From the NCBI RefSeq assembly GCF_963921235.1, contig NC_086097.1, forward strand, positions 46,502,001 to 46,566,000: a stretch of 64,000 nt of DNA, given 5' to 3'. Below the pieces are notes generated by a model that saw only the letters and a program-made list of their open reading frames with translations, was not told the DNA's origin and searched no databases. Shown in pieces: positions 1 to 13,364 of the stretch. The translations under genes were made by a program, and so were the position numbers. Positions within the stretch are counted from its first letter, which is position 1, and every line of letters starts with the position of its first letter. The stretch is from Mobula hypostoma (lineage: Eukaryota).

Positions 1-1050
1 ATGGGTGAAGCAATGGCTGATTGAAAGGAGGCAAAGAGAGAGAACAAAGGGGGCCTTTTCTGGCTGGCTGCCTGTGACTAGTGGTATTCCACAGGAGTCT
101 GTGATGAGATCAATTCTTTTTATGTTATATGGCAATGATTTGGATGATGAAATTGTTGGCTTTGTTGAAAAGTTTGCAGACGATATGAAGATAGGTGGAG
201 GGACAGGTAGTTTTAAGTAAGTAGAGAGTCTACAGAAGGACTTAGACATCTTAGGAAAATGGGCAAAGAAATGGCGGATGGAATACAATGTGGAGAAGTG
301 TATGGCCAAGCACTTTGGTAGAAGAAATGAAAGGGTTGACAATTTTCTAAAAGGAGAGAAAATTTAAAAATGCCTGGTGCAAGGAGACTTGGCAGTGCTT
401 GTGTAAGATTCCCACAAGGTTTATTTGCAGGTGGAGTCTGTGGTGAGGAAGGCTAGTGCAATGTTACCATTCTTTTCAAGTGGACTAGAGTATAAAAACA
501 AGGATGTAATGTTGAGACTTTATAAAGGACTGGTGAGGCCTCACTTGGAGTATTGTGAGCAGTTTTGGGCCCCTTATCTTAGAAAGGATGTGCTGAAACT
601 GGAGAGGGTCGAAGGAGGTTCACGAAACAGGCTTGTCATATGAAGAGTGTTTGATGTCTCTGGGCCTGTATTCACTGGAATTCAGAAGAACGAGGGGTGA
701 TCTCATTGAAACCTATCAAATGGTGAAAGGCCTTGATGGAGTGGATGTGGAGAGGATGTTTCCTATGCTGGGAGAATCTAAGATCAGAGGACACAGCCCT
801 AGAATAGAGGGGCGTCCTTTTAGAACAGAGATGAGGAAGAATTAGAACAGAGAGTGGTGAATCTGTGGAATTCTTTGCCACAGGCAGCTATGGAGGCCAG
901 GTTTTTATGTAAATTTAAGGCAGAGGTTGCTAGATTCTTGATTGGTCAGGGCATGAAAGAAAAATTGGATCAGCCATGACGAAATGGCAGAGGAGACTCG
1001 ATGGGCCAAATAGCTTAATTCTTCTCCTATATCTTATGGCCTTATGGTCT
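1..1050 (+). mobile_element. CR1-clade LINE, RT C-terminal part and 3' end (degraded, runs off window start)
   Basis: ORF fragments 'WLPVTSGIPQESV...EKFADDMKIGG', 'LYKGLVRPHLEYCEQFWAPYLRKDV', 'LGLYSLEFRRTRGDLIETY'; stops and frameshifts; CR1-type tail 'cttatggccttatggtct'. Confidence 0.92.
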
Positions 1051-1054
1051 CATA

Positions 1055-1450
1055 TACAGCACAAGTTAAAAAGTAAACAGCCTAATGCTACTGACGCTTC
1101 ATACGTGATGAGACCAGGGTGGTGGCATGGAGTTCAATAGTCTTACGACTTTATGAAAGAAACTGTTTCTCATCCTAACAGTTCTTGCCCCAGTGCTATC
1201 TTACCTCCTGCCTGATGGTGGGGTGGTGGGGGTGGGGAGTCAGAGAGATTGTTGGATGGATGGGAGGAATCACCAGCAATGCTAAGGGCCCTGCATACGC
1301 AGCATTCCTGACAAATATCTCTGCTGGTTGAAAGGAGATCCGATGTCCCTCTCAGAAGTCCTCACAATCCTTTGAAGGGATTTGCACTCAGATGACTTGC
1401 ACTTCTCCTACCAGACAGAGATGCAGCTGGTCAGGACACTCCTGATGATC
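1055..1450 (-). mobile_element. Rex1/Babar-like LINE 3' fragment
   Basis: Similar to the 3' part of the element at 23164-25270 (e.g. 'aaactgtttctcatcct', 'ctcctgcctgatggt', 'ctaagggccc'). Confidence 0.6.
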
Positions 1451-2009
1451 AGCTTATAAACGCATACATTTCTAGAGCGTGGATCTCCTCTAGTGCAAAC
1501 ACACCTTAACTGTAATGTGACGACCAGACAATGGTGAAAGTGAAATATGAAGCAGCAACTTGTTTCTTAAGCCACAAAACATACGAAATAAGAGAAGGTG
1601 TAGGCCAGACACAAGTCATGAGCTTGCTCTCTTATTCAACGAGATCAAGCCTGATCCTGCATCTTGTTCTCATGCCAAGGATCTATTTATTGCAGCCTAT
1701 ACTCAATAACTGAGCAACCAAAGGCCACGGAGGTCTGAAGTCAGACACACAAATGATATGGTCCATTGTAGTCATTCAGTGCTATTAAGGCCATGCATTG
1801 GTGATGGCACTGATAAGGAAAATAGGGAAATTGGGAAAATTCATCACTGAGCAACAGTGTGCAGCTGACCCTTGCATATATTGTCTGGAGTCTGAGTTTC
1901 TAGTCATTCTTGATCTTTCCGCTTCCAATGTCCCATCTTTCATGCATCAGGACAGTCTTTGGCCAGATGAGCAAAAGAACTTTTAAAAAATAAGACGATG
2001 TAACTGGCA

Positions 2010-2200
2010 CAAAGCTCATGGTGTATGGGGAAGCAGTGATGCTTGCTTACCTGTATACTCCTGAGACCTGGATTACCTCTCAGAAGTGTACAGGTAGGCA
2101 AGAAGCATTTCGGGGCACTGGGGAGCTGCACCAATAGATTCTCTATAAATTCCTGCAAGTCCACAGACAGAATAAGCAAAACAACATTCCTTTGAAAAGT
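2010..2200 (+). mobile_element. Degraded RTE-clade LINE fragment
   Basis: 'gtgtatggggaagcagtgatgcttgcttacctgtatactcctgagacctgg' resembles the RTE C-terminal motif VYxAVVxxxLLYGxETW. Confidence 0.4.
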
Positions 2201-2644
2201 TTGGTCTTTGATTATTTAAGAGATGGACGTCAGGATTGGGGTTTTTTATTATCACAGCCATTCATTGGCTCCTGTATGGATGAAGGCAAGCACCCTGCTG
2301 TTGTTCATGAACAGACCAGCTCTGAGCTACAGGATATGGAATGAGTCAGGGTGAAGCTTTCTCTGCTGTGTGTAGGCTGTAGGATAGGAATTGGGGAGCT
2401 GAGCTGGTCCCACCCCTTGTCTAGGATGAGTGGAGGCATAAGATACCAGTGTCCCGTCACTCCGGTTTCTTCCTACATTCCAAGGACATACGGTTTCATA
2501 GGTTAATTGGTCACATGGGTGTAATTGGTGTAAGTGGGGTGTTATGAGGGCAATGGAAGAAATTGTTGTTGTACCTCCTCCAGATCCGACAATGTCAAAG
2601 GAAAACTGCTAACTGCATTTGAAGAAGCCTACATTGGTCCTGAT

Positions 2645-3325
2645 AAGACTATAAGATATTAGGTATAGAAGTAGAATTACGCCACTTGGCCCATCGAGTC
2701 TGCCCAGCATTTTTTATATTATTAGCAAGTTTACATTCATATTCCATCTTTACCTTCTTAATTACTTTTTTCAGTTGCCTTCAGTTGGTTTTAAAAAGCT
2801 TTTTTAACTTCCCACTTATTTTTGATCTATTATATGCCCACTCTTTGGCCTTTATGTTGACTTCACCTTCTCGTGTTAGCCATGGATATGTCATCTTTCC
2901 CTTAGACTACTCCTTCCTCTTTGGGATGTATATATCCTGTGCCTTCCGAATTGTTTCCAGAAATTCCAGCTATTGCTGCTGTGCCACCAACCCTGCTATT
3001 GTTCTTTTCCAATCAATTATGGCCAACTCCTCTCTCATGCCTCTGTAATTCCTGTTACTCGACTGTAATACTGATACATCTGACTTTAGCTTCTCCTTCT
3101 CAAATTTCAGGGTGAATTTGATCATATCATGATCACTTGCCCCTAAGGGTTCTTTTACCTTAAGGTCTCTAATCAATCCTGGTTCATTGTACAACACTCA
3201 GTCCAGGATAGCTGATACCCTAGTAGGCTCAACCACGAGCTGCTCTTAAAAGCAATCTCCCCCTCCTGTTATCCAGCATCAACCTGATTTTCCCAATCTA
3301 TCTGCATGTTGAAGTCCCTCATGAT
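2645..3325 (-). mobile_element. CR1 LINE fragment (end of AP-endonuclease domain and linker, next to a CR1 3' tail)
   Basis: ORF 2970-3197 'NEPGLIRDLKVKEPLGASDHDMIKF' carries the APE SDH motif; near-identical to 31194-31394. Confidence 0.85.
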
Positions 3326-3329
3326 TAGA

Positions 3330-3808
3330 GGTGCTGTTGTGCTTTCTTCATAATTGCACTTACATGCTGAACCCAGGACAGGTCCCCTGAAATGAATACA
3401 CCAAGGCCTTCAAAGTTGCTGACTCTCTCCACCTCTGATACCCTGATGAGGGCTGGTTCATGTTTCCTCCTGCTGATGTTGATAATCTGCTCCTTGGTCT
3501 TGCTGACATTGAGTGAGAGGTTGTTGTTAAGGCCAGATTTTCAGTCTCTCTCCTATAAGCTCCTATATAAAGCTCACCACCTTTGATTTGGCCTACAACA
3601 GTGGTGTCAACAGCAACTTGAATATGGCACTGGATCTGCGCTTGGCCACATAGTCGTAAGTGTAAAGTGAGCAGAGCAGGGGGCTAAGCACACAGCCTTA
3701 GTGCACCAGTGCTAATTGAGACTGTGGAGGAGATGTTGCCAATCTGAACTGACTGTGGTCTGTAAGTGAGGAAATTGAGGATTCAATTGCACAAGGATGT
3801 ATCGAGGC
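3330..3808 (-). mobile_element. Rex1/Babar-like LINE RT fragment
   Basis: Reverse complement matches the ISTG(A)xxGCVLSPLLxSLYTxDxVA region seen in the other Rex copies in this window. Confidence 0.75.
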
Positions 3809-3811
3809 TAA

Positions 3812-4326
3812 AGGCTGATTTATACTTGTGTGTCAGATCGACGCCGTAACCTACGCAAGTGGCCTACGCGCATTGTGAGCATTTATACTTGTGCGTTGGT
3901 GTGTCTGCGTCGCTCTGCAATTTGGGCACGTCACGCAAGCGCACACACCTGCCCGTGCAAGGCTTCATGGTCATGGTAGTCTTTCTTAGGGTAAACAAGT
4001 TTAAAGCATGCATCTTTTTTCGTAAAGGCGAAATGTGTCCTCCATAATTTCGGAGGTCTGTAAAGCTTTATGGAAAGCATTGCAGCCAGAGTTCCTTCCC
4101 TGCCCTTCAGTCGCGCAATGGGAAGCTATTGCAGCGTAGGAGGAAATGCGATGCTACCAAGCAGACCAATCACAGTTGTTTCGGTCTCTGAGACCGTGAC
4201 GCATAGTTGCATTTTGGGAGAGGTGCGCGTCAGGCTACGGCGTAGTGATCCACGTAGGCACTGCGTAGGGTTAGCGGCTACGCTGTACTTACGGCGTGGA
4301 TTTGATGCAGAAGTATAAATCAGCCT
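3812..4326. mobile_element. Non-autonomous PIF/Harbinger-type DNA transposon (MITE), 515 bp
   Basis: Perfect 16-bp TIR AGGCTGATTTATACTT (3812-3827) / AAGTATAAATCAGCCT (4311-4326), extending imperfectly to ~38 bp; TAA on both sides (3809-3811, 4327-4329); CpG-rich; no transposase. Confidence 0.9.
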
Positions 4327-5059
4327 TAAGGAGAACATTTCTGCTGAAATATGTTCCCTACAGTTGTACTGTATCCAGCTTTAAAAATCCATCAAAAATT
4401 TTATTTGATACAAATCAGGCCCATAGTCATAATGACAAAGCAGTAATGAAAATTACTTTGACATTACTCATGATAAATCCAGTCATATGATGCACTAGGT
4501 CACCTTCAGATTCTTGGACAATTGAGTAACATTTACGTCAACTTGGAAAGATCAAGAATAAACGCATTTTGAAAGCAGTAACGTTCATTATATGCATTAC
4601 TCCAAGTCAAATAATTAAAGTGGTAAAAGTAAAGTGATTTCTTTATAAAATATTAGCACGTACTGAAAGATGGAGGTGTCTAACTTGATTTTACTTGGTC
4701 ACTGATGTGAAAAATGACTTAGCAATATGTGTACATCCTTCAAAGAATTTGTGGAAAATCATTTTGTTGAATAGTTTATGTGTCTGTGATTGGCAACAGC
4801 CAGAGCAACAAATCAGTGTGCAATTTTGACTGGAGGCCGGTTGTCATCCTCAAATCCAGCCCGTAACCTTAGACAGCTGAGCAAAATACTAACCAGAACA
4901 TGGACCTTCGTTCAGAAACACAGTGTACGCTGATAGGTTTGGTTATTTCTTTTGCCTGCTGGTGAGAGTCTATGTTCTTTATGAACAGACTTGGCTAAAT
5001 TTTAAACACTCTGGATACTCTGAATCTCTCGGTACTTCTGCTTTCAGAAGCAGAACATT

Positions 5060-5560
5060 AAATATAACATGGGAAAATGTTTCTTCTGGTGATGAGTAGG
5101 AAAATATAGAGAAGCAGCGCAGAGCAGAGGCTAGAGAAGACATACTTGCCTAGGAGTCCTTGCAAGGTAGACTCACCGAGTAGATTTCGAGGATTAAGAA
5201 ACACCGAGTAAAGCTCATGAACAACCAGAGGTGATATTATTGAGGCAAGCTGGACTCTCAGTTGATCATAAGATAAAGATTAAAAGGCTCCTTCCTCAGA
5301 CTTAAGGGTCTAGGACTAGGGACATGATCGCAGGATAAGAGACTATTTAGAAGGAGTCCTCTTTTTAGTCCAGTGTTGCAGAGCTCTAGAATTCTCTGCT
5401 TCAGGGAGCTCGGACACTAACAATAGTCCAGTGTGGGATGTTAGGTTTTTGGACATCTGAGAGGAAATGGTGATAAAATGTGATAGAGGATAATGCATTA
5501 AACTTGCCATGATCTTATTGATGGCAGAGTAGGTTCAAACATCCATGTGGCCTACTTCAT
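5060..5560 (+). mobile_element. Old CR1 LINE 3' fragment
   Basis: Decayed RGDLIE motif ('agaggtgatattattgagg') and 3' UTR-like sequence 'gccatgatcttattgatggcagagtagg'. Confidence 0.5.
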
Positions 5561-6477
5561 TACTTACGTTCTTTACAAACTGCTGGAAATGGAAGTGTGG
5601 GGGGAGGCTGGGGGACAGTCCAGCCTGCACAGTGAAGTCCCATAAATCCCATACTTTCAAATCACAGAAGAGACTGTGACTAAAATCTAGCAACCAGTGG
5701 GACCTCAAAAAAAAAGCAAGGACAACATTGTGCTTTGCCTTTATGTTTGGACAGCTGCCAGTGAATGAAATCTGCTGAGTTACAGGTGTGAGCATTCTAA
5801 TAATGTTAAGTACATGAGGGTGAGGTAAAGCATGTGAATGAAAGGGTTCAGGACAAATTGATAGAGATTGATGATAGGTGGTTTAAGGAAGTATTTGAGT
5901 CTGATGGTGCAATTGTGAAGGTTTGTCATTTGAAAAATGCAGTCACCTTGATAACTCATGTCACACTGTTAAACTTCTTCCTCTATTTTATCAATATCCT
6001 AGACATTATATTGTCATCTCTGTCTGTTATTCCTCTCTATCATTGTTCCCTGAGAATATCAGGAGCACTTCTGCACCACTGTGAACACCAGATACATCTT
6101 CTTTCCAATATTGCCCCAACGAATTCATCGTTATTTCAGAAAGCCTTGGTGCTTGCTTTCTGACATATTCAGCAATTCCTCAAAGCACCTCAATGCAAAC
6201 ATACTTTTCAAAGGAGGTCCCAGCTCTTACAGCCAAGATTCATCAACCTTTAAAGCAATATAGGCTGCCTTCAAGTAAAAAGCCCAGAATTAATCACGCC
6301 CAGCAAACCTCACATTTACTTATTTTTTTTGGAGACAGTGTAAATTAACCTTCACAATATTTAAATTTTTGGGTATGGCTGAAAATTGTCAGGGGAGAGC
6401 ATAGCTCTTCCCTTTGGCCCTGGAAGGGCCATCTAAGAACCATCAATCAGAATGTAGTTAATAATTCCTCCTTTGGG

Positions 6478-7220
6478 CAGAGTGAAGAAAACAACCTCTC
6501 CCTCAATATCGCATAAACAAAGGAGCTGGTTGTGGATTACAGGAGGAATGGAGAAGGTCTAATCCCTATTGACTTCAATGGATCTAGGGTTGAGAGGGTA
6601 AACAGCTTTAACTTCCTCGGCATCCACATCACTGAGGACCTCACGTGATCTGTACACCTCAGTTGTGTGGTGAAAAAGGCACAACAGCGCCTCTTTCACC
6701 TCAGGCAGTTGATGAAGTTTGGTATGGGCCCCCAGATCCTAAGAACTTTCTACAGGGGTACAATTGAGAACATGCTGACTGGCTGCATCACTGCCTGGTA
6801 TGGGAACTGTACCTCCCTTAATCACAGGACTCTGCAGAGAGTGGTGCAGACTGCCTGGCGCCTCTGTAGTTGTGAACTTCCCATGATTCAGTACACTTAC
6901 AAGGACAGGTATGTAAAAAGGGCCCGTAAAATCATTGGAGACCCAAGCCATCCCAACCACAATCTATTCTAGCTGCTACCATCCAGAAAATGGTAACGTG
7001 GCATAAAAGCCAGGACCAACAGGCTCCGGGACAGCTTCTTCCACCAGGCCATCGAACTGATTAACATACGCTGATTTGAGTGTACTCTATATTACACTGA
7101 TTGTTCTATTTATTTTAAATTATTATGATTGCACATTGCACATTTAGATGGAGACGTAAAATAAAGATTTTTACTCCTCATGTATGTGACGGATGTAAGG
7201 AATAAAGTCAATTCAATTCA
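6478..7220 (+). mobile_element. Rex1/Babar-like LINE 3' portion with 3' UTR and (ATTCA)n tail
   Basis: ORF 6667-6972 'KKAQQRLFHLRQL...FYRGTIENMLTGCITAWYGN' is the typical post-RT domain; ends 'aataaagtcaattcaattca'; same family as 42023-43575. Confidence 0.9.
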
Positions 7221-7614
7221 AAAATCTGAAGTCTTAAGAGGGACGTCCCTCCTCTTCTAAGTGAAGATGTGTTCATTTGCTTGAGGAGGTACAGATATGT
7301 ATTTAGCTACTTCTCTGTTTTCCTGTTTTTGTCCAAGATACCAACATGATCTACATATTCATGAGAACGAGGAAGATTGTAATTCTTCAAGAATACTTAA
7401 AATAATCGGGGTGTGAAGTCACATGGTACAAAGAGAAAACAACACTTTCAACAGAATGTCTCAAATATGGCACAGCAGAATTCCGCAACAAGAAACTTGC
7501 AGATCATGTGTCTACCAGATGCGAATACTGACACAAAGACCCTCTGTTTTCAACAGGAATCATACTGTGTATAGTTCTATTGCTAAGTTTGAAGAAATGA
7601 ATTTTTAATGTATT

Positions 7615-10300
7615 TTGGCAAGAACAGCATTTGTTATCAGTCCCTAATTACCCTGAAGAAAGTGGTGACGAGCCACACTCATGAACTGCTGAAGTCTTCC
7701 TTGTGCAGGTACTCTCACATTGTTACTGAGAAAGGATTTCTTCTGAGCCGAGTAGAACAAAGGGAAACATCATAGAAGTTTATAAAATCATGAGGGTCAT
7801 GAGGTGGATGCCATTGTCTTTTCACCTGGGTTGGGGTGTCCAGAACTAGAGGTTACAGATACAAGATAAGAGAGGACAGATTTAAGAGAGACGAGGCACT
7901 GCCCTCTGTACACAGAGGGTGGAGAGGAACTGGAATGAACTGTCAGAGGAAGAGGCCGAGGCCAGTACAATTGCAGCATCTAAGAAGCATTTAAATAGGT
8001 ACATGGAGGGGGGAGGCTCGGAGGAGTATGGGTCAAATGGGGGAAACTGGGACTAGCATGGAGAATGTTGGGGTCAGCATGGACTAGTCAGGCTGAACGG
8101 CCTGCACCTGTGCTCTGTGATTCTAATGCTCTATGACTTCTGGTCTTTGGACCTTTTCATGATGAAAGACAATAGCTCCAAGTCTGAGTCGTGGGTGACG
8201 TGCAGTCGGTGGTGTTTCCATGCACCTGGTGCCTTTGTTCTCCTTCGAGGTAGAAATGGCAGATTTGGAGATGCTTTTTCACCAAACCATGTGAGTAACT
8301 GCAGCACATCTTTTTGATGGCACCCACCAGTTGCCAGTAATGGTAGGAGTGATTTTTACGAGGAAAGAGATACAAAACAACCAAGCTGCTCCATCCTGAA
8401 TGGTGTTGAGCTTACAGACTGATGTTAGAGCTAAACTCACCCAGGTAGTCAGAGAGTGTTCCATCACATTCCTAACATTTCTTGTAGACAGTGGAAAAAT
8501 TTTGGGATGTAAAAGGACACTCAGGCCTTTGATATGCCCTTGTAATTATTATTTATAGGCTGGTCCAACTGAGTTTCTGGTCAATAGTTAACTCCAGTGA
8601 AGTTAATGCCATTGAGTGTTAATGGTAGATAGATATATTCTCCCTTGTTGGACAGGGATGGCGCTTTTGTGCTGTGAATGTTACTAACAACCCATGCCTG
8701 AATGCAGATGATGTGTTGGAAACAGAATCGAACATTGTGCAATTATCAGCCAATGTCCCCCATTCTAGCGTCATGGTAGATGGAAAGTCACTGATGAAGC
8801 AGCTGAAGATAATTGGGCCCAGGACACTGCCTTGAGGAACTCCTGCAATGATATCAGGAAACTGCAGTGAATGATGCTGTACAATCTAACCATCAGTGTT
8901 GATGGGTTTTCTCCTTGTTGCCCATCGACTTTGCTTTCAACAGATTTCCTTGAACTCATACTTAGTCAATGGCTGCATTGTGTTGAGGGCCGTCAGTTTC
9001 ATCTATCCTCTCTGGCTCATTTTCCCATTTTGGGATTGAGGTTGCAAAATGGCCTGGAGCAAAGCTATATTGATGAAGTCCTATCTGGACATCAGTGATT
9101 AGATTACTGGTGAGTAAGTGCCACTTGATGGTACTATCTGCAAGATCTTCCAACATTATTAATACAGAGAGTAGACTGACTGAATGATAATTAGCTGGAT
9201 TGGGATTTGACTTGTTATGAAAAGGACACAACACACCTGGGCAATTTTCCACATTGCTGGGTGGATGCCTGTGTTCCAGCTACATGGAATCATTTGGCCA
9301 GAGATATGACAGGCTCTGTTAGACAGGTCCTCAGTACTACAGCTGGGTGGTGGATTGGTCCCTTGGCCTTTGCTGCTTCCAATGTTCTCAGGCATTTCTG
9401 ATTCCACTGGGAAAGTTAAAGATCAAACATGGGTGAATGGGATTAACGTAGAGAGGTACAAAAGGCAGAATGGACGTAGTGGGCTGAAGGACCTGTTTCT
9501 GTGCTGTAAAACTCTGTTACTCTCTATAGCTCTCTAGAACGCATGGCAGGAATCTCACAGGGAGGTCTTAATTAATCAGCTACAGGACACTTCTGGATGA
9601 AAGACAATGCTTTGGCCTTGCCTTTTGTGTTCACATGTTGGGCCCCACCATTGTCAAGTATGGGAAAGTCTTAGAGCCTTCTTCACCATAATCGATGGCC
9701 AAATGATACAGGACTTCAGTTTGAGATCAGACCTGTTCACTGTGAGATGGCAGAGCTCTGTACAATGTATGCAGCATTTGATGGTTGACAAACTATGTTT
9801 AAGTTTCACCAGGCTGGCATCTTGGTTTTGGGAATGCCCTTATGCATTATCATAGAACAATTGTTGATTCCTGGCTCATCACTTATAATAGAATGAGGGA
9901 TTGCTATTACAAGTTGTGGTGGGATATACTTTAGCTGCTGCAGATAGCCCACAGTACCTCCAAGAATGGTCACTTTTGAACTGGTAAATCTGTTCTCAGT
10001 TTTCCCCATTTAGCACAACTCAACTACAGTATATCTCCGCAAGGATGGTGCAGTGGTCACTTTCTCCAATGCTAACACGTACCCACGTATCTAGCATGGG
10101 TAAATTGATAAGAATGAGAACAAGTGTGCTTATCTCTTGTACTAAGTCACTCAATACCCAGACTATATTTGTAGAGGCTATTTATTGAGTGATTGAACAC
10201 AAGGGATAAGCATACTTGTGGGTGTACTGTGGTGTCGTCCAACGACTCTTGGTGATGGACACTGAAGCCACCCACCTAAAGTACATCTGTGCCTTTGCTA
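7615..10300 (-). mobile_element. Old, fragmented CR1-clade LINE interrupted by younger CR1 tails at ~7770-8130 and ~9420-9520 (+)
   Basis: ORFs 'HPAMWKIAQV', 'KSNPNPANYHSVSLLS', and reverse-strand 'caggagttcctcaaggcagtgtcctgggccca' (GVPQGSVLGP). Confidence 0.75.
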
Positions 10301-13300
10301 AGTTAATTGTAAAAATTCAGAACAAACAAAAATTGTTGAAGTAAATTTCATTATCAAACTCAATACAAAATCTTAGGGAGCAACTTCAGAGTATTTCACT
10401 GACAGTGGCTGCCAAAGATACCAAATTCCTGGGAGAGATTGCTTACAGGAAGCTGTGGGCCATTTCTTTTTCAAGTAAAGAAAAGGTGTAGTGGTACCTA
10501 AATTCTGTTTATGTTCTGTCATTTATTTAGAACCCATCTAAAATCATTTCACCATGGTTGGTGTTGTCAAAACCGGTCTTAAAGAAACTCTACACTGGTT
10601 TACATCTGTAAGAATATTCCCTGCACGTATCCAGTCAAAATTAAATTGTATCAGATGATGGAAAATGAATATTTTTTTGCATTCAAGGCAATTTTAAAGA
10701 AAACCTAAATCTGGTGTACTGGCAAATGCTGAATGGCTATCACATTTATCTGCATAACATATTTAAACAGTTCCAAAAGCACAGCAAGCTGGAAAAAATC
10801 TTTCAGATTGGATAGTTCATTTTTATCTCTTACTTATATATTTATTAAAATGTAAGTACTTGTCAATGACCATATCTGACTTTGAAATTTAATACCAAAA
10901 TCAAACTTAATATCCATTCAAATGAAGTAACATAAATAGATACATTAAGATATACTTTGCATAATATACAAGGTTTCTTGAAAACATTCAAATCAGCCCC
11001 TTCAACATATGAATATCACTGCACATATAACATGAATTACATTCTTCAATCTGTGCCCAATATTAAAATTAAAAACTTAAAATTTTGTGATACATTTTCC
11101 AGGCAGAACCTTCAAGATTTGCCGACAGAGTACTATTTATATGCTTATTACCCCACAACTGAGACCTTCAGAGCAAGCTGCTTTGTTCACTTTTGTGCAT
11201 TTGCATGCCTTAATCTCTCAGTGACGTCTGCAGATTGTCGCCATGACGATCACCTGTCTCAAATGAGTCAGAAGCCTGTGCAGGTTTTTAAAGAGCATAA
11301 ATTCACCATGAGGCAATACCAACCGATAATGATATTTTTTAAAATTTCAAACCTAAATTTAGATTGACTTTTGATAAAGACTGCAGCAATAGAGTTTTGT
11401 TTATGCACAAACTTAGTGCAGCTGTTCAAGATGTAGCAGACATTCATTCTTCATATCATGAATAGGCAAGCTTCTCAATGGAACTTTCAGATGAATGTGC
11501 ATCTCCGCATATATTAGTGTACACTCGAGCGTTAGCTATGGTCACTTTTACCTCGATATGCATTCTGGCTTCAAACAGAGATGAGGTAAAAGATGTTGTA
11601 ACTAGCTCTAGTTCCCCATAAACAAATATTTTCACCCCACAAAGACCATAGAAACATCTGCTGCCTTTTATATGCAACTTAGTGCAATTAGGACAGCATT
11701 TGAAATTTAAATGATATTATTTTGTCATTCTAAATGTCTGGTGCTAGTGCAGAGTAAGTGGAACTATCTTTGAACATTCATCTTTTCATCAGCAGAGAGC
11801 AGAATGGGAAAACAATACAACATGGGAAACAAAATATTCCGCAGATATTTGCTGAGGTTAATGCTCTTCTTCAAAACCACTCTTGACCATTCTGTCAAAT
11901 CATTTAAAATGGAGAAAACTTAACTCATTCACAGCTTCAAAATGAAGATGGAAAAGGCCAGAAATATGGTAGGTCAGGCATGAACTGTGGAGAGAAAAAG
12001 ATGGAGTCATTGTATGTATTAGTTCAAATTTTTTTCACTAGAACAATTCATTGTTCTTGGTGCTGATAGATCTCTGCGACAAATCTAGTGAGAGTGCTTT
12101 TGTTCTGATATTTTTTTGTCCCATGTGGTAAACACTTCTTCATTGTGCAGCTAGAAAGAGAAAAGAGAAATCAGAGCTGGTGTAAACATAACAGACGTCC
12201 ATGAAGGTAGTGAAGAAGATGCTGCTGACAAGCCAAAACTGGTCAAACATTCTTTAGAGAAAGGGACTGACAGCAGACGTAAGTAGTTTGACGTAGATGG
12301 CAGAATCGTTCAGCAGGGCAACAAGAGGTTAAGAATTTATTTCACTTTTGAGCTTAGAATTACAGCTATCTCACACAGCGTTTACCTTGAGGTGGAGGCA
12401 AGGCACTACCATTTTGTTTTATTAATTCAGATGGATGGTTATCTCTGGTCGGCTCCCTTGGCGGCTCACTGTGTCATGAGATCTGGGTTGCTTATGTTCC
12501 TACCCAGCAGTCTCAGGTTAGTGTTGGGATTTGTGGCCTGAAGCCTGGACCCTAATGTGCACCCCCACTAACGAACAGCTCCAACAATTTATTCATGACA
12601 AACAGCCATCTAGCAGCTCCAGAAAATGGGCATGACGATGACCATTTGTAATGATGCATCTTGTGCACAGCAAACAGAGAATCACAGAAAATAATCTTCC
12701 AGCAATGTTATGTATACTTGCCATTTTTTAAATTCTTGCAATTCTTGCATGCACAACACGTTTACATAACTTTCATGCTCTTTGAATCCTGTACCTGGAT
12801 GCCTGATGTAGGTGTTTGGTAGTCTTTATCACTGGCAAAGATAAGTGGTTCTAATATTGCATTAAAATTTTACCCTTTGAGACAGCCAAATATGCTGAAA
12901 TTTATAGACTCTTATAGCATGATAGAAACCAGACGTAAGGGCAACTACCTTTTAATTCAAAATTTTGACAATTCCTATCTGCTTACAAGGATTGGTCCCT
13001 TACACTTATCACCCACAGGTAAGTCCACCACAGTTCACTTGGCAGCAATCCTACCTCTAAGGCTGTAAGTCAAAGTCCTACTTTTAGAATCACACCGAAA
13101 ATCCTGACTTCCCAAAGCCTTTCGCCAATCTACATGGCACACTAATAGCACTATGGAATACTCCACTCACCTGAATAATTGTTATGGGTAACATCTTGGA
13201 AAATCTCTGCGTGTTTGGTTGGGAGCAGTTCTAATAATACTTGACAAACTTGACATTCAAAGTGAAGCAACCCTCTTGTTGCTACCCAATTCATCACCCA

Positions 13301-13364
13301 CTCTCTACCACTGGTACAGTCTATTGTTAAGTGCAGCACAAAGCACATTAACTAGGGACAGAAT

